From a virus (lineage: Duplodnaviria; Caudoviricetes): DNA of 64,000 nucleotides. The DNA lies in IMG/VR virus record IMGVR_UViG_3300049215_000407, positions 448 to 64,447 of that record, one strand, 5' to 3'. Below, piece by piece: positions 55,340-63,279 of this stretch. The notes under the pieces are model-generated. The model was not told where the DNA came from, searched no databases, and saw nothing but the letters and a program-made list of their open reading frames with translations. How positions within the stretch are numbered: position 1 is the first letter of the stretch; each line of letters opens with the position of its first letter. Both the position numbers and the translations under genes were made by a program.

Positions 55340-55855
55340 ATGGCACGACGGCGCGAGAATCCGCTCAAGACGCGAGACAAGGTTCTCATCGGCGGTGGCG
55401 CTGCGGTCGCTCTGATCGGGATCACGTGGGCCTTGACGCGATCGTCGAAGAGCTCGACGTCGGGCGGTGGCGGTGGCGGTGGCGGTGATGGGCAACAGCA
55501 AGGCCCCCCTCCTCCGAATCAGCCGCCGCCGAAACAAGGCAGTCCTCCCGCTCCGCCAGGCAACGGTTTCAACGGATCGAACCCGGCGAACTTCTTCGGG
55601 AGCGTGGGCGACTACGCGAACCAGCTCGCGAAGCTCGGGTACAACTACCAACAGATTTACAACTACCTCGACTACTTCGGCGGCGTGAAGATGCTCAAGA
55701 ACTTCGGCATCGATCTGCCGACGATCCAACAGATCTTCAGCGGCATCGATCTGAAGTCGCTCCAAGGTGCTCTTCAGGGCATCGACTGGGGTTCACTCGC
55801 GGGCGCTCTCAAGGGGATCGATCTCAGCGCGTTCCAAAATATCCGGATCGGGTGA
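55340..55855 (+). CDS. RENP N-terminal anchored protein (paralog of 53511)
   Basis: MARRRENPLKTRDKVLIGGGAAV-TM; GID repeats at C-terminus. Confidence 0.7.
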   Translation: MARRRENPLKTRDKVLIGGGAAVALIGITWALTRSSKSSTSGGGGGGGGDGQQQGPPPPNQPPPKQGSPPAPPGNGFNGSNPANFFGSVGDYANQLAKLGYNYQQIYNYLDYFGGVKMLKNFGIDLPTIQQIFSGIDLKSLQGALQGIDWGSLAGALKGIDLSAFQNIRIG

Positions 55856-55858
55856 CGC

Positions 55859-56089
55859 ATGGTTCGTCATCGTCCAAGGCGGTATCGCTCGAACCCGACC
55901 GCGCGTGAGATCGGTGCGCTCATCATAACGACCGCGATCACGGCGGGCGTGGCGACCATCATCACGTGGTGGGTGACGAAAGAGCTCGAATCGAAAAAGC
56001 AGACGCAGCAACAGCAACCGCCGCAACTTCCTCCGGCTCCAGCTCCGAACTACGGCGGCAACAATCCGGGAGAAGGGTACTGGGCCTGA
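55859..56089 (+). CDS. small membrane protein with RRYRSNP N-terminus
   Basis: Single TM, Pro/Gln tail. Confidence 0.6.
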   Translation: MVRHRPRRYRSNPTAREIGALIITTAITAGVATIITWWVTKELESKKQTQQQQPPQLPPAPAPNYGGNNPGEGYWA

Positions 56090-57594
56090 TGTTCACCGCA
56101 GAAACCGATCGCAGCTTGGGCTTGCCCGTCGTGCACGAGCGCTACCCGGATGGCGAAGAAGGAATCCAGAAGTCGATCAAGACGATCTGCACGAAGGTCC
56201 GCGAGGGCATGGTCACCGCGGTGATGAAAGAATTCGCGGGCAACGTGCTCAAGCAAACGCCGGGTGCTCTGCACGGTGGGACGCGAGAACGCGCGGACGC
56301 GCTCTGTAATTTCGTTGCGACTACAACCGGCTATGCACCAGACGCGCTCGGCTCAGAGCAGATCCAGAGTGCTCAGATCACGCTTTGTGTGCCAGGCGCG
56401 CAGCTCTGCATCCCGATTCGCGATTGCGACGATGGCGTGGTGGCGGTCGGTACGCTCATCGGCGCTGCAGGAATGGATGTCGAGGTGGTGCGCCAGATCT
56501 TCGGTGGCGGTCATCAACAGCACGTGCTTCTCGAAGTGAAGCTCGAAGACGGTTCATGGTACCCGCTCGATCCGTCGAACAAAACGCACCCTTGCGGCGT
56601 GAAAGCGCCGGCACAACGCGAGACGAGGCACTCGCCCTTCGACTCGAAGTTGACGGGACTCTCGGATCAGGCTCAATTTGTCGGCATGGGCGCACTTCCT
56701 GTTTTGGTGTGGCAAGAACCTCATTCTGGTTTTCCTGGGAGATGGGCTCGACTTCCGAGCGATGCGAAGCTCGAAGGTCTCGGCGGGATCCTCCCGAGCA
56801 TTTCGGATCTTCAACCGCAGCTCAAATGGCTCGGAACGATCTGGAGCACGATCGATCCGAAGGGGCGCTCGTGGGACACGGCGCTCGCCGACGCGTACAA
56901 CCGAGCGGAGCAAAAGAATTGGGTCGCGGGCGATTCGACGTCGTACTTCGATCTCACCGCGATCATCGTGCGCTCGGCGATTCTCTCGCGCGTGGCGGGT
57001 GGGATGCCGTCTCCCGGACCCGACGCGGCAGCCGCGCTCGACAACTCGTGGAAGCTCATCGCCACGAAGCTCGGCTACACGTCGCAGACTTCGATGGACG
57101 ATCTCAAGACCGCAGCGAAGCGAAACAATCAGGTCGCAGCGCTCGCGCTCTTCGAGCTCATCGCCGTCATCATCGCGATCGCTGCGCTCGCGGTCGTCTA
57201 CTGCTTCGCGATCTACTACGCAGCGAAGATCGTCGATTCGCTCCTCACGCGTCTCGTCGCGTTCGCCGAAGAGGTTTGGCGCAACGTCCAGATCCAAAAG
57301 ATGATCGACCGGCACGTCAACAACCCGGATCTTCCGTGGGATCCCGAAGAGAAAAAGCTCCTCGACCAGCTCGAAAAACAGCAAGACGAGACGCACAAAG
57401 CTGTCATCAAGCCTCCGGATCTTTCTCCTCCGGGTGCGCCGCCGTCGTTCTGGGATTCACCCTGGGCGATTTTCGGGATCGTAACGGTCGTCGCTGGAAC
57501 CGCAGCCGCAGTCGTGTACCGGAAAGAGATCAAGGGCGCGCTCGACCGACACGGCAGCCGATCAGGCAGGTCGACTGCCATCGTCGCAACGTGA
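56089..57594 (+). CDS. transglutaminase-fold (Cys-His-Asp) enzyme with membrane anchors, maturation protease candidate
   Basis: RDCDD..QHVLLEV..WYPLDPS triad; internal and C-terminal TMs. Confidence 0.7.
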   Translation: MFTAETDRSLGLPVVHERYPDGEEGIQKSIKTICTKVREGMVTAVMKEFAGNVLKQTPGALHGGTRERADALCNFVATTTGYAPDALGSEQIQSAQITLCVPGAQLCIPIRDCDDGVVAVGTLIGAAGMDVEVVRQIFGGGHQQHVLLEVKLEDGSWYPLDPSNKTHPCGVKAPAQRETRHSPFDSKLTGLSDQAQFVGMGALPVLVWQEPHSGFPGRWARLPSDAKLEGLGGILPSISDLQPQLKWLGTIWSTIDPKGRSWDTALADAYNRAEQKNWVAGDSTSYFDLTAIIVRSAILSRVAGGMPSPGPDAAAALDNSWKLIATKLGYTSQTSMDDLKTAAKRNNQVAALALFELIAVIIAIAALAVVYCFAIYYAAKIVDSLLTRLVAFAEEVWRNVQIQKMIDRHVNNPDLPWDPEEKKLLDQLEKQQDETHKAVIKPPDLSPPGAPPSFWDSPWAIFGIVTVVAGTAAAVVYRKEIKGALDRHGSRSGRSTAIVAT

Positions 57595-57600
57595 AACGAA

Positions 57601-57846
57601 ATGAGCACGGACGTTGAGCTTGAACCGGCCCCGCCCGTCGCCGATGACGATGGGCGAGATCACATTCTCGATCAGGAAGCGAACCCCCCCGAAGCTATAA
57701 TTTGGACGTTCCTTTGTGGAGAATCCGTAGTTGTTGGCGACGACGGCATGATGTTTCCTCCTGAAGACGATTGTTATTTGCTCGGGTCGCCCGGTTACAA
57801 AAAAGCGACGTGCAAACGGTGTCGCAAAGCAGCCGGCCTACCGTGA
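57601..57846 (+). CDS. small Zn-finger protein
   Basis: H..LCG..TCKRC. Confidence 0.5.
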   Translation: MSTDVELEPAPPVADDDGRDHILDQEANPPEAIIWTFLCGESVVVGDDGMMFPPEDDCYLLGSPGYKKATCKRCRKAAGLP

Positions 57847-58334
57847 GCGAGCGTGGCCTGATCTGCATGGGGCGCGACGTGTTCTTCGTGCTTCGCGGAG
57901 GTCGCGAGGTGTCTGCGCGGCGAAGGCGCGATGGAATGCTCTACGACTCGTCGGGCTACTACTGGCCGAAGTGCAGTTTGCTCGTCGCTCCATTCGAGCA
58001 AGGGCGTGACACCTGCGACGTGAGCAAGGCGCGTGATTTTTTTGGTCGCAGAGTCGATGTGCTCGAAGGACGAGTGCCGCAACTTCCGCCGAAAGACATG
58101 CACGCGTGGCGTGCAGTCGGCGAAGTGGATCAAGTTTTCTACGATCGCGCCGGCAAACACGACGGACCGTTCCGGCACAAATTCAATTCGCCGCACGGAA
58201 TGTTCAAACTCGTTGCGCTCTTCAAGAAGCGTGTTGCCGAGTCGAAGGTGATTCTCTACAGCTTGAACGGCTGTTATCGGCTGGAGCTCCCGCGGGGTTG
58301 CATTGTCGATGATCGCGGCTTCGTCTTGCCCTGA
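57843..58334 (+). CDS. hypothetical beta-rich protein
   Basis: GEVDQVFYDR..PFRHKF..IVDDRGFV. Confidence 0.6.
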   Translation: MSERGLICMGRDVFFVLRGGREVSARRRRDGMLYDSSGYYWPKCSLLVAPFEQGRDTCDVSKARDFFGRRVDVLEGRVPQLPPKDMHAWRAVGEVDQVFYDRAGKHDGPFRHKFNSPHGMFKLVALFKKRVAESKVILYSLNGCYRLELPRGCIVDDRGFVLP

Positions 58335-58354
58335 TCCGAAAAATAGTTTTACGC

Positions 58355-58399
58355 ACTCAAGCGGTTACACAAGCGGTTAGTGAAGCGGCTACTCAAGCG
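58355..58399 (+). promoter_or_regulatory. four 12-bp-period direct repeats (AxxxAAGCG), putative operator
   Basis: ACTCAAGCG-GTT-ACACAAGCG-GTT-AGTGAAGCG-GCT-ACTCAAGCG. Confidence 0.75.
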
Positions 58400-58443
58400 C
58401 GTAGTCATCACGTGCGCATCCGCGGTGATGTAGACTTCCGCGC

Positions 58444-60096
58444 ATGACCATCCGCTACAGCGATCTCATGGCAAAGATGCGGGATCAAGCGCCTGATCTC
58501 GCAGCAACGCGATCGCGCAGAGCGTCTGCGCCAGTGTCTGCGGCAGTGTCTGCGCCAGTGTTCCATGCGGACGACAAGACGAAGCGCAGACGCAAGAGCG
58601 CGCGCACGAGCGCGCGTGCGCGCTTGACGAAAGGAAGCAAGCGGGGTTCTCTAAAGAAAATGCGTGCTCGAACCGCACCGCGGAGAGCACGTGAATCCAC
58701 CCGGAGAACAACCGTGGCCAAAGCATCCCCCGCACAACGTCGCGCCCTCAAGAAAGCCCGTGCTGCAAAACGTCGGTACGCGCGAGCTCCGCGTCGCGGC
58801 GCACGCGAGATGAAGGGACAAGTTCGGCGCAACAGGGCCGGCAAATTCAGTGCGACCGGAAGCAAGATCGCTGGTCGGTTCACTGGTGAAGCACGGAGGC
58901 GTCGTCGACGGACTCGTCGCGCGTACGAAGCGCCGCGTCGTCGTCGACGTCACTACGCGCGCGAGATGGCGGCTGCAGCTCCGCGTCGTCGTCGCCGCGC
59001 AGGTCGTCGCCGCCACTACGTGAAGGGGCACTACTCGCACGAAGCTCGTCGTCGTCACGGCCGTCGCCGTCACCGCTACGCGCGCGAGTTCGCCGCTCAA
59101 GCGCGTGGCCGAGGTCGTCGTCGTCATTCCCGCCGCTACCGCGGCGCGCTGGAGAATCCGCTCTCCGGCATGGAGCTCGCGATCACGATCTTCACCGGCT
59201 CGGTCGGCTACATGGCTGCCGAGATCGCGGATCGCATGATGGCGGTCCGCAACGGCGCACCGCTCGTCACGCTCGCCGTCAACGGCGGCAAGGCACCGCA
59301 GCTCCCGATGTACGACGACTGGCCCCGCCTGGTCGTTGGCGCAGCCATCACGGGTGCACCGCTCGTTGCGAGCGCGTTCATCAAATCGCCCACGTGGCGA
59401 TCGGCGCTGCAGACGATGGGCATCGGCGCGGGTCTCCGCACCGTGGGCCACATCCTCGTCAGCGTTGCAGCCAAGCTCACCGCGCCCGCGGCGGATGCGA
59501 AGCAAACCACTGCACAAGTCCAGAAGAACATCTTCGCGTTCGAGCAGTCGCTCGCGTCCGCGTACGACACGTGGAACAAGCAGACGGATCAACAGAAGAC
59601 GGACGCCGAGAAGGCGTACGAAACAGCGCAAGGCACTGCGGGTCTTCCGCAGGGAACCGGTGCATGTCCGACGTGCAAGCGCACCGATGGTCTCGGCGCA
59701 TGCTGCGGGCGCATGTCGCAACAGCCGCCGCAAGCGCAACCGCCCCTTCCTCCTCCTCCTCCGATCACGGCCACGCCTCCGGCTTCACCTCCGCCTGTTT
59801 CCATGCAGCCGCCGATGGTGCCGCAAGCGCCGCCTCCTCCGTACAATCCGCCCGCGGTCACGCCGCCTCCGGTGGTTTCACGTCCTCCGGGTGACGTCTC
59901 GCGTCCTCCGGGATCGATGCTTCCGGGAAGCCCGCCCGCGATCGCAATCCCTGCGACGCCAGCATTCGTTCCTTCGCCGGCTTCGCCTCTCGTGGGCGCG
60001 GGTCGAGGCATGGGCATGCCCCAGCGCTTCATGGCGGGAACGGGTTCGGTCGCGCCCCGACCGAATTTCAACTGGGGCGAGGACGCCGCGGAGTAA
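58444..60096 (+). CDS. Arg-rich (protamine-like) core/membrane protein with Pro-rich tail
   Basis: ~200-aa poly-Arg region with YARE repeats ending ALENP, hydrophobic helices, poly-Pro C-terminus. Confidence 0.7.
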   Translation: MTIRYSDLMAKMRDQAPDLAATRSRRASAPVSAAVSAPVFHADDKTKRRRKSARTSARARLTKGSKRGSLKKMRARTAPRRARESTRRTTVAKASPAQRRALKKARAAKRRYARAPRRGAREMKGQVRRNRAGKFSATGSKIAGRFTGEARRRRRRTRRAYEAPRRRRRHYAREMAAAAPRRRRRAGRRRHYVKGHYSHEARRRHGRRRHRYAREFAAQARGRGRRRHSRRYRGALENPLSGMELAITIFTGSVGYMAAEIADRMMAVRNGAPLVTLAVNGGKAPQLPMYDDWPRLVVGAAITGAPLVASAFIKSPTWRSALQTMGIGAGLRTVGHILVSVAAKLTAPAADAKQTTAQVQKNIFAFEQSLASAYDTWNKQTDQQKTDAEKAYETAQGTAGLPQGTGACPTCKRTDGLGACCGRMSQQPPQAQPPLPPPPPITATPPASPPPVSMQPPMVPQAPPPPYNPPAVTPPPVVSRPPGDVSRPPGSMLPGSPPAIAIPATPAFVPSPASPLVGAGRGMGMPQRFMAGTGSVAPRPNFNWGEDAAE

Positions 60097-60183
60097 TCAC
60101 TCCGCGACACGAAGTGTTTGTTTGAGGTTCAACAGCTCGGGTCGAGCTCGATGTAGCGCCGAGTGAACAAAGGAAAGAGACAG

Positions 60184-61542
60184 ATGGAAACCGCTCAGCA
60201 ACCGAAATCGCCTCGCACCAAGGTCAATCGCACGCCTCCCACGGAGCACGAGCGAAAGCTCCGCACGATTGGCCTCGGGCAGCGTCCCGACGAGCATCAG
60301 ATCAAGGCCGCGGGTCTTGGTTCGCTCCAGAAGGATGCGGGTCTCGGCGTTTACGATCTGCTCGACGCAGTTCGTGAATCCGTGAAGTGCGCAATCTGGA
60401 ACGTGCCCGTGATCGAGTCCTCGAAGGGCACGTTCCTCGGACCGCTCCTCGACACGGACGCGAATCGCCTCTTCGGCGATCGCATCGATCCGTTCGGATG
60501 GTCGATTGCGCAGGACGGCATCGATCAGGTCGACACCACGCTCGCGCAAAACGGCGAGCTTCAGGTGCCGACGCTCGTGTGCGGTGTCGGCTGGCACGTG
60601 AACGGCGATCCCGCGGGCTTCTCGATGATCGGAAACGGCGTCACGCGTCCGCTCGGAGCAGTCGCGGGTCACCCCGCATCGCCCGACGTCTTCACCGCGA
60701 ACGACCTCGCCAACAACGTCATGGGCCTCGGCGAAGGTCAGACGATGGAGATGGCCACCCTCGCGTGGGGCTGGTGGACCAACTACATGTTCTGGCAGCA
60801 AGCTCGCGGCTACCACCTCCGGTGGATGGTCGGGCAGCACACGAACATCTTCGACGAGTTCCTCCGGAACACGGCGTACTTCCCGACGAACGCGCAGGAA
60901 GGATCCTCGGGATCGAGCGACGTCGACACGATGTTCTTCATCCGTCGAACGAACAACCGCTACGACCAGCTCGGCTCGGGGCAGGTCTTCTTGCCGGTGT
61001 CGCACGTGCGCATCGGGTCCGTGCTCGCGGGCGCGGCCAACGCCGGAATCTTCCGACCGTCGCGCTCGGGCGATCTCGCCCCCGTGACGTACGGCGGCAT
61101 CGACCTCCGGAAGCTCCTCGGCAACAACTCCGAGTTCAAGAAGATGACGATCCCGTACTTCTTGGACAAGGGCATCCCGATCGGCCTCTACGCGCAAGAG
61201 TCGGACAAGGCGCAAGCCGATCTGATGCGCGCGTACCTCTCGATCACGTACGGCTTCGGCCAGACGATTCCCCCGCAGGTGACGCCGGACGTGAACTTCA
61301 CGCCGGGCAACACCCCCACGGGCGCGAGCGTCATGCTGGAGCAGACGCTCGACGTGCCGGCTCCGTTCCTCGTCTCGCAAGCCGTGCAGACGCAGCGCCG
61401 GATGTTCAAGGGCGGCGAGTTCAAGCAGACCATCCACCTCAAGGGCTTCGAGGTCGACTCGGATTGGTACACGATGCTGCAGAACAACCCGCAGCTCCGT
61501 GACGCGTTCCTCTGCGAGTGCGGCTGCGGCTGGCCGAAGTGA
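60184..61542 (+). CDS. putative major capsid protein (jelly-roll candidate)
   Basis: 452 aa, no TM, beta-strand pattern, very strong C/G codon bias, follows core-like gene; fold not verifiable by eye. Confidence 0.5.
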   Translation: METAQQPKSPRTKVNRTPPTEHERKLRTIGLGQRPDEHQIKAAGLGSLQKDAGLGVYDLLDAVRESVKCAIWNVPVIESSKGTFLGPLLDTDANRLFGDRIDPFGWSIAQDGIDQVDTTLAQNGELQVPTLVCGVGWHVNGDPAGFSMIGNGVTRPLGAVAGHPASPDVFTANDLANNVMGLGEGQTMEMATLAWGWWTNYMFWQQARGYHLRWMVGQHTNIFDEFLRNTAYFPTNAQEGSSGSSDVDTMFFIRRTNNRYDQLGSGQVFLPVSHVRIGSVLAGAANAGIFRPSRSGDLAPVTYGGIDLRKLLGNNSEFKKMTIPYFLDKGIPIGLYAQESDKAQADLMRAYLSITYGFGQTIPPQVTPDVNFTPGNTPTGASVMLEQTLDVPAPFLVSQAVQTQRRMFKGGEFKQTIHLKGFEVDSDWYTMLQNNPQLRDAFLCECGCGWPK

Positions 61543-61556
61543 TTCGGCGGGGAAAC

Positions 61557-61658
61557 TGACGCTCCCCTCGTAATTGCGGCGTCACGCTTGGGTAGTCATT
61601 CCCAGGCGCTCCAACTCTCCCTGAGCCCCAACGGTCGAAAGACCCGAGGGGCTGAGGG
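61557..61658 (+). ncRNA. structured intergenic element (three stems, GAAA tetraloop)
   Basis: TGACGC/GCGTCA; CGCTTGGG/CCCAGGCG; AGCCCC..GGTC-GAAA-GACC..GGGGCT. Confidence 0.5.
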
Positions 61659-61670
61659 CGTGAAGGCACC

Positions 61671-62312
61671 ATGAACGAACAGAAACCTACCGCGGTCGGC
61701 CTCGGAGGCATCGGGCTTCCGGATGAAGTCTACGGATGGATCCGAAGAGGAGCACCGGGCATCGCCCTCGCGCGCGCTCTCGGCGTGCCCTTTGGACCGT
61801 GGACCCCGCAGGTTCGCTTCACGTTCGACACGCCCGATCCGCAGGTCTCGCCTGTCGTCGGGTTCTCGGGCGAGACGCGCATCACACAAGACACGATCGT
61901 CCAGTGCCTCATCGTTCGCACCTCGATCGATCGCACGCCGATCTCGCCGTTCGATCAGATGGGCGACAACGCGTTCAACTTCACGCAGCCGATCGACGCG
62001 ACGCTCGACATCACGGGCACGCCCAGGTACACGGTCACGCCCGATTTCACTCCCTTGCAGAATTTGATGGACGCGTTCAACGGCAACTCCGAGTGGCCGT
62101 GGGCGTGGGTCCTCACGGATCAACAGGGCGTGAAGATGCAGTTCCAGAGCCGCATTCGGCTTCCGGATTTCCCGGTGACGGTCACCGCGACGTTCCGATG
62201 CTGGACTCCGATCACGGATCTTCTTCGCAACGCGTCGACTCGTGATGTCGTCGCCCAACTGAGAGAGCTCGGATACACGATCCCGGATCGGTACCTCGAC
62301 TACTTGCGCTAA
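61671..62312 (+). CDS. beta-rich protein, second capsid/penton candidate
   Basis: 213 aa, alternating strands (VRFTF, VKMQF, VTVTATF), N-terminal VGLGG. Confidence 0.5.
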   Translation: MNEQKPTAVGLGGIGLPDEVYGWIRRGAPGIALARALGVPFGPWTPQVRFTFDTPDPQVSPVVGFSGETRITQDTIVQCLIVRTSIDRTPISPFDQMGDNAFNFTQPIDATLDITGTPRYTVTPDFTPLQNLMDAFNGNSEWPWAWVLTDQQGVKMQFQSRIRLPDFPVTVTATFRCWTPITDLLRNASTRDVVAQLRELGYTIPDRYLDYLR

Positions 62313-62328
62313 GGGGGCGCACACCCCG

Positions 62329-63279
62329 ATGGCGAGAGGCGCACGCGCAGTCGACTACAGCCCGAACCGATTCTTGATCGGCACGGAAGCGCTCACCGCG
62401 CATCCGCGTCGTCGCGTGGAAATCACATCGACGGGCGTCGACGAAGATCTCCAGGATCTTGCATCCGATCCGTTTGGGAGCCTCTCGTGGGTCGGCCTTC
62501 GTGTGCCGTCGCACGTGACGGTCACGCCGCAAAACCGCTACCTCTTTTTGCTCTGCTCACTCGACGTCGCGGACGGCGATCGCATGCGCCTCGTCGGGCT
62601 TCGCCACGGTTACTCGCTCGGCATCCGGCAATCGCAGCGCGTGAACGAATTTTGGGTGCGAAACCCGGTCTTCAAGCCACCGCGCGGAAATATCTCGTGG
62701 CACCTTCGCGTGCGTCCGCTTCGCCAGTTGAACAACCCCGGCAACGGACCGATTCAACCGCCGCTCCAGAATTTCGCGTTTCGCGACGCGCAATCACCCG
62801 CACTTCTCTATCTCAATGCAGCGGCGGGATTCTTCTATCCGCTCCTCACGGATTACCAGCCGCCGAATCGAGGCATGCCATACGGGCGAGGGGTCACACC
62901 GGAATTCGGCACCTTCTACGATCTCAAGACGGATTGGCAGGACGCAAGCGACTGGCGCGCGATCGACATCCCGGTCGTGGGTCCGGCACGCGTGCAATTC
63001 TTCGCGAGCGTGCAGCAAACACCGCAACAGAAACAGCCGGTCGTGCAGCCCTTGGATTTTTTGCCGCTCGGCGAGAGCGGCGAAGAGCAGTATCTCGCGA
63101 ACTTCCCGGAAGCGCAGATCTGGCGCGTCGCGGGGGCGCTCGCTGCCGAGTTCGAGGACGGCGAGGAATTCCGATCGATGATCGATCATCCGTCGCAGTG
63201 GACGGATCGCAAAGATCTCGAAGCCGTGCTGAAAGAGCTTCGCGAGATGAATGCGACGCTCAAAGGGAGCCAAAAATGA
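62329..63279 (+). CDS. putative structural protein
   Basis: 316 aa, beta-rich, in capsid-like block. Confidence 0.55.
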   Translation: MARGARAVDYSPNRFLIGTEALTAHPRRRVEITSTGVDEDLQDLASDPFGSLSWVGLRVPSHVTVTPQNRYLFLLCSLDVADGDRMRLVGLRHGYSLGIRQSQRVNEFWVRNPVFKPPRGNISWHLRVRPLRQLNNPGNGPIQPPLQNFAFRDAQSPALLYLNAAAGFFYPLLTDYQPPNRGMPYGRGVTPEFGTFYDLKTDWQDASDWRAIDIPVVGPARVQFFASVQQTPQQKQPVVQPLDFLPLGESGEEQYLANFPEAQIWRVAGALAAEFEDGEEFRSMIDHPSQWTDRKDLEAVLKELREMNATLKGSQK

